Assembly: GCA_951406725.2 (NCBI GenBank)
Contig: OX597814.1
Span: 167,214,001 to 167,278,000, forward strand
Reading direction: 5' to 3'
DNA from: Octopus vulgaris
Taxonomy: Eukaryota
DNA: 64,000 nucleotides
This document shows positions 53,999-64,000 of the stretch, piece after piece; position 1 is the first letter of the stretch; each line of letters opens with the position of its first letter. Below the pieces are notes generated by a model. That model was not told where the DNA came from and made no database searches. It saw only the letters and a program-made list of their open reading frames with translations. The position numbers and the translations under genes are program-made.

Positions 53999-54448
53999 AA
54001 GCATGGCTGTGTGGTAAAAAGTTTGCTTCCTAAATACATTGTTCTGGGTTCATGCCCTCCATGTGGCAACTTGGTCAAGTGTCTTCTACAGTAGCCTCAG
54101 GCTGACCAAAACCTTGTGAGTGGATTTGGTAGACACAAACTGAAAGAAGCCCCCTATGTGTGTGTGTATGCACGCGCACGTGCACGATTGCATGTGTATG
54201 CATGCACATGTGTGTGTGCACGCATGTGTGTGTGTGTATTTCCCCCACCATCACTGTTTGGCAACTGGTGTTGATGTGTTTACATTCCCATAACTTAGCA
54301 GTTCAACAAAAGAGCTATATAGAAAAAGTACCAGGTTTTTACAAAAAAAGTACTAGGGTCAATTCATTTAACTAAAAGACCCTTTAAGGTAGTGCCCTAG
54401 CATGGCTGCAGTCAAATGACTGAAACAAATAAATGATAAAAATAAAAG
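53999..54448 (+). mobile_element. tRNA-derived SINE, family B (internal microsatellite); other copies ~5147-5531, 11225-11460, 32130-32290 with 33560-33762, 45960-46345, 50385-50965, 60660-60770
   Basis: Head GGCTGTGTGGTAAGAAG..GGTTC(A)GTCCC, body GGCAAGTGTCTTCTAC..GTGAGTGGATTTGGTAGAC, tail GCAGTCAAATGACTGAAACAA. Confidence 0.85.
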
Positions 54449-55259
54449 ATACCTGTTAACCCTAAATACTTCTCTGAATTTTTTCCATTGAACACTTCTA
54501 TGCATGTTTTATAAAACAGAGCTAATAAATTTTTGATGACTTCCTCAAGCCATGAATAATATAAATAGATGTTTATAACTCAGGCCAGCTATTTTAGAAG
54601 GAAGGTGTTAGTTGATAACATTGACCCCATACTTGACTGGTACCTATGTAACTTTACTTATTTTATGAACCCTAAAAGGATGAAAGTCAAAGGTGATCTT
54701 GGCAAGATTTGAACTCAGAATGTAAAGAACTGGAAGACATGTTACAAGGTATTCTGTCCAATGTGCATACAATTTTACTAATCCTCTGCTCTATGAATAA
54801 TTGTTTTAAATTTTGGGACAAGGTCAGCAATTTTAGTGGGAGTACATTTGTCAATTACATAGACTCCAGTACTTGACCGGTACTTAATTTTATTGACCTC
54901 AAAAAGAATGAAAGGCCAAGTTGACCGTGACAAGATTTGAACTCAGAATGTAAAGAGGTGAACAAACATCACAAAGCATTTTTCCAAGAAGCTAACAATA
55001 TTGCTACCTCATCTCTTTACAGCCCTATAAATAATGATTTCAAATTTTGGCACAAGGCCAACACTTTTGGGGGCGGGATTAAGTCAATTATATCAACCCC
55101 AGGGTAAAACTGGTACTTATTTTATTGACCCTGAAAGGAAGAAAAGCAAAGTCAACCCCAGTGGCATTTGAACTCAGAATGAGAAGATGGATGAAATGCT
55201 GCTAAGCATTTTGCTTGGTGTTCTAATGATTCTGGCAGCTCACCACCTTACTGCCCCAT

Positions 55260-55960
55260 CAACAAGAAAACTAGTAATATAGAAGACACTGTATGTCACT
55301 AAAACAGCTCCAATGCTGAAACAGTACACAGACCATGGCATGTCAGTATGAGAAGCAATCACATCACTACAGGGATATAATAAAAGGGATGTTAAAAACT
55401 AAATGTATACTATAAGAATCTTTCAAAGAGACTTTTTATTTGCTGTGTTTTTCTGCCTAGCTTTGACTCCATTCAACAAATTTGCTGAGAGAAAGCAGTA
55501 ACAGTAATAGATGTAATAGACAAATTATAAACTAATGGTTATAAATGTTATGGATGAATTATAAATTGTCTCTTATGTATGCATCAGAGAATTAAGCTTA
55601 ATCTATTCTAAAAGTAGGCAAATTAATTATGACTGTGAAATTTAAATTAGATCCCGACATGGAAATTAGGGAATTGGAACAAAAACCACCCATCTAATTA
55701 GATGAACCTAATAAGGTACAACACTTTGAAATGGAGGAGAAAATTAGAAAATAATGCTAGAGAAGAGTCAGAGTAATACTGAAAATACAGCTTATAGATA
55801 TATTACATTGATAATATGACTTATAAATAATAGATTTAACATAATATATTGGCAGTGATGTCAGATAGGAAAGCTAGAAAACACTCTAAAAATATTCCAA
55901 AGGCACCATACAAGAACTGAAATAGAGAGGGTTGATGGGGCTTAATACAAATAAGGAGCT
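55260..55960 (+). mobile_element. Highly decayed R4-like RT remnant; a decayed RLE-region remnant lies at ~57720-58400
   Basis: Traces of GIFQGD.L (AGAATCTTTCAAAGAGAC) and downstream motifs resembling the 26245-27240 copy; many stops. Confidence 0.45.
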
Positions 55961-56390
55961 TCCAGGTATTTTTCTATAAACACTATATATTTTTACTTTG
56001 TAACAGTATAGCATGCTTAGAAAACAATATAGTGACAGATGGAGACAGAGTCACACAAACACACATGTAGTTCATGCATATATGTGTGTGTGATGTATGT
56101 ATGTATATATATCATCATCATTTTAACATCCACTTTTCCATGATCGCATGGGTTGGACACAATTTGTTGAGTCACCAGCCCATGATGAGACAGTTTTCAT
56201 GGAAGAATGGAAATAAAGGTCATTGTTTGCATGAAGGTGATAATGGACACACACGGACACATACACACACACTTGTATACACATGCACAAACACACACAC
56301 ACACACAATCATCATCATCATTCAACGTCCACTTTCCATTCTGGCATGGGTTGGACAGTTTGACAGAGGTCTGGAGACACAGCGGCTGCA

Positions 56391-56436
<46 letters not shown>

Positions 56437-57108
56437 CTTCAACTACGGCCTCCAGACAACTTTGGAATCTCCTGAAAGTCTTCTGGATCCGTGTGGAAAG
56501 TTGAATGGAGGCATAATGTTGCCATCACTAGTGATCACTCCAAACACAATGATGTTAACTGGATGTTTGATTTTTATCACTGTTAGTACATGTCCTCAGA
56601 TTAACACCCAAACACTCTTAAATGTTCATATTGGAGCTTCTGGTGCAAATGCCAAGCAGTACAGTATGTCATTTCCAAATTTCTAGGAGAGGGAACTGCG
56701 TCATGATTCTGTTTTTCTTACAGATGGTGCACAAAATTGAAAATAATAAATGGCAACAATTTATCCATCTGTGTGTGTGTGTGACAAGTTTCCTTCAGAT
56801 TTTTCAACCAAATCCACCTACAGTGTTTTGGTCACCTGGGGCTGTAATAGAAGACAGTTATCCAAAGTGCTACGCAGTGTGTATGCAGATCATCATCATC
56901 ATCATCACACACAGACACATGAATTCACTAGCTTTATTATGCATACAAAACTGCAAGAACCAGAATGAATGCTACAAAACATTTTCCTGATACCCAATGT
57001 TAAATATTAAGGCCTATTCTTATATGCATGTAGCAATGTGACCTCGTGTGTACCGTTGGTGATCTTTTTTCCTCTGTCTTCCCTTCTCTGGATCTTTCCT
57101 TCTCCTAT

Positions 57109-57143
57109 GTTTCCGATGAAGAGCTCCGCTCGAAACGTTAAAC
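57109..57143 (+). ncRNA. Minimal hammerhead ribozyme motif (core variant CCGATGA) in a solo PLE pLTR-like fragment (~57030-57245)
   Basis: GTTT-CCGATGA-A-GAGC-TCC-GCTC-GAAAC-GT-T-AAAC: stem I GTTT/AAAC, stem II GAGC/GCTC, palindromic stem III ACGT; fragment abuts (TA)n. Confidence 0.7.
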
Positions 57144-57241
57144 CCTCCTTCTTTCCTTCTTTCCTGAGCGTCCAATAATACTATATTTGTTCCATGTCCT
57201 CGCGTTGTTGTGATTTTTTTTGTGCTTTCTTGTTTGGATTA

Positions 57242-57299
<58 letters not shown>

Positions 57300-57321
57300 C
57301 ATACATACATACATACATACA

Positions 57322-57357
<36 letters not shown>

Positions 57358-60057
57358 TCCTTTTATTTATATGTGTATATTTCTATCTATCTATCTATAT
57401 ATCTATCTATCATTCTCTGTCTGTCTGTCTATGTATGTGTGTATGTATGTATGTCTGTCTGTATGTATGTATGTATGTTTGTATGTTTGTATATATGTAC
57501 ATATGTGAGTACTACATACATATGTACGTACATACATTCATACATACACACACATATGTGCACATGCACACACACATATGCGCACACACACATATGCACA
57601 CACACACGCACACACACACACATACACATCATAAAAAGAAATAAGCTTGAAGATAATTGCACGGAAGAAAATCATTTAGATATGGACAGAATCAACAGAA
57701 AAGATTAAAAATAAGAGCAAGACAAAAATCCAAATTGTACTGGAAACTATATTAAAGAAAACCTGGGGAGAACCAGCTCCCTTTGGCCAACATCCAATAA
57801 GCCTCAACAGAAAGGAAATAAGTTGGTGTGAAAGCTAACAATAGTGAAACACTCTGGAATAAAAGCGGAAATGGAAGGTCTGTTAACTGCACAGGATCAA
57901 TGCAAAAAAGAAAAAAAAAAAGAAAAATGAAAAAGCTTACCAACAACAAACTATAGTAATCATTATAATCAGTACATAATTGACTATGCAATTTCAGGCA
58001 ATCCAGTCCTTGCAAACATAGAATATATCCATAGGTATGACTAGGCTTGTAGTTATTATGATCATTGAGCAATAAGCTGCCAACATGACAATAGAGAGGA
58101 AGAGATATAAGCATATATCAAGTTTCATATATGTTAATGACTTTTGCTGCAATAATCTGGGACATGCTTGTTTAAACTGAGGAGGATATCAAAGTGAACA
58201 ATCCAGACATTAGAATCAAAAGTAGGAATGAAAATTTATGAACTCTGATAGACATCACAACCCCTTCTGACCAAAACGTCATAAAAAAAACAAAAACATC
58301 ATAGCACAAGGATCTTGAAGTGGAAATAAGTAGGATGTGTGGTATGAAAGTAAAAACAGCAACAATAACAGTTTTTGCACTGGGTATGATTGAAGAATAA
58401 AATAATCAACAGCATAAAAACCTGTGCTTTTTGTTTGTTCCTTCTCGAGCCACGCCTGGCTCATAAGGGCCGGTTTCCCGGTTTACTTGGTGTATAGGTT
58501 CCCCACTGGGATGGGACACTGGTCCATCGCAGGTGAGCTGCAAGATGCAGGAGGAAAGAGTGAGAGAAAGTTGTGGCGAAAGAGTCAGCAGAATTTCCCC
58601 ATTACCTTCTGCTGGAGCTGCATGGAGCTTATGTGTTTCACTCATAAACACACACATCACCCAGCCTGAGATTTGAACCTGTAATCCCTCGACCATGAGT
58701 CCGCTGCTCTAACAACTAGGCCATGTGCCTCCACTATACCTGTGCTTACTGCAACATCCCAAAATTAGAACACCTCACCAGCAAAAGTTTTGTTCTATCT
58801 TGAACATGAAATAAGAATACTATGTGACTAACAACAAAATCCTGGAAAGAGCCAACAAGCAAAGCATCGAATCACTGATCATAAAATACTGTCTTTGCTG
58901 GTCAGAATATGTAGCAAGAATGCATTGTGTTCTTTTAATAATACCTCATTATCACATATCCCTCTCATGTCTATCATTCCTGCCTCTATCACTCATGCCT
59001 CTCACTTTGTAAAGAAGGAGATGAGCAAGTAGTGGAGTTCTGAGGCCCCGTTAGTCATGTGGAAGACATGGCTACCTCTCTAGTACCGGTGACATCAAAA
59101 TCACATCCAGTACACTCAGTAAAAGGGTTGATGTTAAGATGTGCATCCAGTTGCAGAAACCAGATCAAAATGAAATGCAGTCAAAATAAGGCATCTTTTT
59201 GTCTTGTTGGGCAGACTCACCCAACCTTTGTCAGCATAGACAGTGGGTGATGATGATGATGGTAGTGGTGGTGGTGGTGGTGATATACTGATATATGGAA
59301 GGTGCCATACCCAATGACAGGTATTCTAATCTCACTGCTAACTTTTACTTAGCTGATGACATCACAATACATTGATGCATAGCTCTCACAAACAACTCCT
59401 ATTCACTCACTTCATTTTCTTAGGGACCACCATACTACAGCACACAGAACTTTATCAAAGGCCTTCTCCAGGTCAACAAATGCTCGGTGCAAAGGCTTAT
59501 TTTAACTAAGTAGTTTGCCAGTGGTGAATTCACTAAGAAAAGGATATCAGTGATCGCTCATTTTGGTACAAATCTAAACTGCATTTCACCAAGTCTAGTT
59601 CTCTCCAAATCAGTTTGTTCCCTTCATAACTTGGTCCTTCAGTTTAATGTTTCTGTAATTGCTTCTTTCTAGGAGCATCACCTTTACCCTTGTTGAAGTT
59701 GCTGCTACAACTATGCTTGTCATTGGGTATGACACCTTCCTGTTCTGTTTAATTAACTATGCAAATAACTTGCATGGGATCTACTTTGTTGAATAGTTTC
59801 AACATCTTTATGACTATTTCCATGGAAGACCAGCTGTCTTCCCTGCATTTGCATTTTTGTGCTTTCATCCACGCAGCTATCAACGTCAACAGCTGGTCCC
59901 TCATTTGCATAATTATTATCTTTACATCAATCCTTTCTACTCATGTATTATCCATGTATTACTAGAATACCTGCATTGTGCTCTTTTAATAATAATGCAT
60001 TTGCATTATCATTGTTTTATTATTTTAGAGTTACATATATTTTGCATGACAATATCA

Positions 60058-60628
60058 TGTGACGCAACTCAGTTGTCATACAATGTAAACTCTTTCATGT
60101 GGTTGCTTTTGTAGGGTGTCAAAGAAGCCATATTCTGTTATCGTGGGTTGGCACAGTTGTGCTTTGACAAGAGCAGCCAGTCAGAGCTGGTTGTGTACTT
60201 TTAAAAGCAGTGGTTATCAGAGCAGCAGAGCACGCCGTTTGGTAGTCAGTCAGCAGAAGACCTCTATACCACGACCATCAGTAAGCAGATCTCTACAACT
60301 GTCAGCAAACAGATTTCTACAACCGACAGTGAATAGATCCCATGACCGTCAGCAAACAGCACTGCACAGCCATCAGCAAATAGATCTCTACTACCATTGA
60401 CAGACAGATCTACACAAACGACAGTGGACAGATCTTGACATTTCAGACAAGAATTTTGTACCACCAGTTATTGCCTGTTCATTTTTCTTACATCCTTAGC
60501 ACTGTAAACTTCTAACCTACTTGTGCAATTGTAAGTTTTCATGGCTTCCTTCTGACTCCTACATATATGTACTCACTTTGCTCAGCACTTGTCAACAATC
60601 CCAAATAAATTACTATGCTCTATTAACA
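60058..60628 (+). mobile_element. Possible solo LTR with internal ~23-bp tandem repeats
   Basis: TG...CA ends, TATA-like TTTTAAAA, degenerate CAGCAAACAGATCTCTACAAC repeats ~60250-60435, AATAAA near the end; TSD not convincing. Confidence 0.35.
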
Positions 60629-60784
60629 AACATGCCTTCTGTTATTTATTTCTATATACAGTCCCACTGTGTGGCACCTTGGGCAAGTGTCTTCTACTAT
60701 AGCCTTGGGCTGACCAAAGTCTTGTGAGTGGATTTGGTAGACGGAAACTGAAAGTAACCCGTCGTATATATATATAAATATATA

Positions 60785-62906
60785 TCTCTTATTATAAAAG
60801 GCAGATTTTATCTGCCTCCCTTTGGGAGTTATACAAATCTACAATATAGGATTTCTTCAATTACAATTTACCTTGCATTTTTAAGAGTACAATGCATCGC
60901 GTCATGCCAGGTCCAGTTTTCAAAATTTAAACTCCAATTAAGCAAAATTTACAGAAAACTCACATTCTGGTGTGTGTGTCAAATGCTTTTCTTAGTCTGG
61001 TTTACACCACACGCAAACGCACACACACAGTGGGCAATGAATAAACTGAAACTAATTCACTGTGTGTTGACAGGTAGAAAATAGAATGCGATGGCGATGG
61101 CTATGGCGATGGCGATGGCTATGGCGATGGCGATGGCTTTGGCGATGGCTATGGCGATGGCGATGTAATATTTGTTTCTCTCTATGACGCTCATAAAAGC
61201 ATTGATGTACATGTGTGCGTGCGTGAGTGTGTGTGTGTCATTCCTCACACACACGCATACACATACATATATGAGAGTGGCAAACAGAAACGTTTCAAAC
61301 AACTACATACAAACACGTGTGTGTTTGTTATTAGTAAAAAAAGGCGCCAAAACACAACTCACTTATCATTCCAACACATTTGCAAAGACACACGGACGGT
61401 CGAATAACAATACAGAAAAGGTAAATTGGTTTTTATTTTACTCTGTATATATTTTATTATATAATATTATATATAGATATATGTATATATAATTGCAGTA
61501 TGAAACAGTGTTTATGTATAAACAGATGACACTTATATATAGTTATTAATAAATGTATGCATCCATTTAACCCTTTTGTTACCAAACCGCCCGAAAAAAA
61601 TTTTGGTTAATGTGACCAAGCCGCCCGAATTTACCTATTCATATTTAAATGAGAATATCAGAGTAAATCTCTTTAGAACATTCGTGAAAACACGTATTAT
61701 ACTTCGTAAACAGTTCAACTACAGTTTTGTACAAAAATCGAAGTGTAATTTTAATTCCGTGAATTATGGGAGATTTTTTTTCTGAAATTTGTTCCTATTG
61801 TGTTTTCAAAATTTGTAATTCTGACAAAAAATGGATACGAATTTCATTATATCAAGCAGCGAGTCAGAATTCGAAGGATTTTCTACTGAAGACCTTCATA
61901 AATCTAACTCTATGACTGAAAAAAAAAAGCATGTGGTATTTGATCTCAACCTAAACAAAGCGAAAGAAACGATAGTTTGTTATTTCCCACAACCTTAAAT
62001 GAAATTAAGGCCTATTTTGCCATAAATATTATTATGGGTATTAGAAAGTTACCCAGAATAACAAATTCTAGCGTAAAATTTTGTTGTATACCCAATTGAA
62101 TATTAGCTAATAACCCATTTTCTATAGCGATGTTTGAACAAAATTTTAATAATTTTATATATTGTTGAATTTACCTGTATCTACCTGCAATTAGAGTCAC
62201 TTTGTGACAAAAATTATAATATAGAATTGGTTGAGAACATTTCACTAAATTATCTTCCAAAAATCAGATTAATATATTCATAAATAAAAAAGTTATAGTT
62301 GTTTAATGAAACCAGACTAAATTTATGATTACGTTAGAAATTCATTGAAACACATAAGGGGTGTATTTTGGTCAGAAATATAGTAACGAAAGGGTTAAGA
62401 AAAACCAAAAAATATTTTATTCTTTGTAAATGTTGTGTTCAAAATAACATTTTCTTTTAAGAATGTGTATATAACAAAGTATGTGTATATAACTACGTGG
62501 CTTATATCTTTATATATAAGAGTGAAGTTGTGTGTCTGTCTCCTACGATTTAGATTCGTAACTACTCCCACATTTTGCGGTGTAGTTTAACCAAAAGCGG
62601 GTATCTTATAGTCGTGATTCATATCGAGCCCTTCTGGGTATTAGCGCGCGTCTACGATGAGTCTACGATTTTAAAAAAATTTACCATCATATTTTTCCAT
62701 TTTAATGCATATTTTTCGTTATTATATAAGGGAAGTAACTCTCTAAAAATATCTACGATGTGTCAACGATTTAAAAAAAAAAATTAACTTAATTTTTTTT
62801 TCAATTTTTAATGCATTTTTTTGCTATTTTTTGGCTATAACTCTCTAAAAATGCTTATATAGTTATTTCCCTTACAAACCCGAGCAACGCCGGGCGATAC
62901 TGCTAG
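60785..62906 (+). mobile_element. Non-autonomous Helitron (composite, second 5' end at 62507)
   Basis: A|TCTCTTATTATAAAAG 5' end; 3' hairpin CCCGAGCAACGCCGGG followed by CTAG|T; internal A|TCTTTATATATAAG start; inserted in the (TA)n of a SINE. Confidence 0.72.
61571..62394. mobile_element. piggyBac-type non-autonomous element nested in the Helitron
   Basis: TTAA|CCCTTTTGTTAC...GTAACGAAAGGG|TTAA. Confidence 0.85.
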
Positions 62907-62921
62907 TATATATATATATAT

Positions 62922-64000
62922 GAAGATAGGTGTGTGAGAAAGTGCCAATCCTTAGCAGTTGAGGGAACCTGTGGAAGAGGTAGACCCAGGAAAACCTGGG
63001 ACGAGGTGGTGAAGCACGACCTTCGAACTTTAGGCCTCACTGAGGAAATGACCAGCGACCGAGAAATATTCTGTACGTGAGAAGACCAGGCAGGACAAGT
63101 GAGCCCAGCCCACTTATGAATGCCTTTCCTCCCTTGGACACAAAGACCTGTTGAGGCAAGCGAAGTCGATATAGAACCTCATCCGACGACAGGCACCCAT
63201 GCCAACCCCCTTTGCTTGCGAAGACATGTTGGGGCAAGCGAAATCGAAATCGAAATCGAATTGAACCAGCCAGGATCCCTGGTCTGGTGGTACGTAAGAA
63301 GCACTATCCGACTCGTGGCCGATGCCAGCGCCGCCTCCACTGGCTTCCGGGCCGGTGGCATGTAAAATACACCAATCTGACCGTACGACAGGCACCCATG
63401 CCAACCCCCTTGCTTGCGAAGACATGTTGGGGCAAGCGAAATCGAATCGAATTGAACCAGCCAGGATCCCTGGTCTGGTGGTACGTAAAAAGCACTATCC
63501 GACTCGTGGCCGATGCCAGCGCCGCCTCCACTGGCTTCCGTGTCGGTGGCACGTAAAATACACCAATCTGACCGTACGACAGGCACCCATGCCAACCCCT
63601 AGCTTGCGAAGACATGTTGGGGCAAGCGAAATCGAAATCGAATTGAACCAGCCAGGATCCCTGGTCTGGTGGTACGTAAAAAGCACTATCCGACTCGTGG
63701 CGTAAAAAGCACTATCCGACTCGTGGCCGATGCCAGCTCCGCCTCGTCTGGCTTCCGTGCCGGTGGCACATAAAATACACCAATCCGACCGTGGCCGTTG
63801 CCAGCCTCGCCTGGCACCTGTGCAGGTGGCACGTAAAAAGCACCCACTACACTCACGGAGTGGTTGGCGTTAGGAAGGGCATTCAGCTGTAGAAACACTG
63901 CCAGATAAGACTGGAGCCTGGTGCAGCCTTCTGGCTTCCCAGATCCCCGGTCGAACCGTCCAACCCATGCTAGCATGGAGAACGGACGTTAAACAATGAT
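62922..64000 (+). mobile_element. RTE-clade LINE 3' end with tandemly expanded 3' UTR and (ATG)n-type tail
   Basis: VRKCQSLAVEGTCGRGRPRKTWDEVVKHDLRTLGL (RGRPxxxW, RTE C-terminus); 3' UTR ends CCAACCCATGCTAGCATGGAGAACGGACGTTAAACAATGAT, as in many short copies in the window. Confidence 0.8.
63186..63730 (+). repeat. ~190-200-bp tandem repeat, ~2.7 copies
   Basis: ACGACAGGCACCCATGCCAACCCC starts at 63186, 63385 and 63576. Confidence 0.9.

Noticed and set aside
63037-63976. Cluster of 60-140-aa ORFs on both strands
   Set aside because: Products of the GC-richer tandem RTE UTR units; the peptides simply repeat with the DNA period.

Overview
AT-rich, microsatellite- and transposon-dense eukaryotic DNA. 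The SINE/RTE repeat families are of the type I recognise from octopus genomes; this is an inference from repeat motifs. The only host gene I can support is on the minus strand: six small exons (29175-29333, 20544-20618, 17842-17900, 15749-15824, 9883-9951, 7755-7864) splice in frame with GT-AG junctions into the N-terminal half of an SLC38A11-like amino-acid transporter. I could not find its remaining 3' exons in the window. The rest is introns and upstream DNA packed with mobile elements: a 5'-truncated Penelope-like element (RT + GIY-YIG, 490-aa ORF) with a minimal hammerhead ribozyme at its 3' end, Tc1 and maT transposons, a decayed Gypsy pol, R4/Dong-like and RTE LINE pieces, Helitron/piggyBac/hAT/pogo/Merlin-like non-autonomous elements and many SINEs. 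The most unusual observations are three different hammerhead-ribozyme-bearing repeats, four short fold-back insertions with a shared architecture, a 53-bp tandem quadruplication of the gene's splice acceptor and start codon with complementary inactivating changes, and a diverged ~280-bp inverted repeat 3.3 kb apart in an intron. Almost all ORFs in the supplied track are microsatellite artefacts. Repeat boundaries are approximate unless TIR/TSD sequences are quoted.
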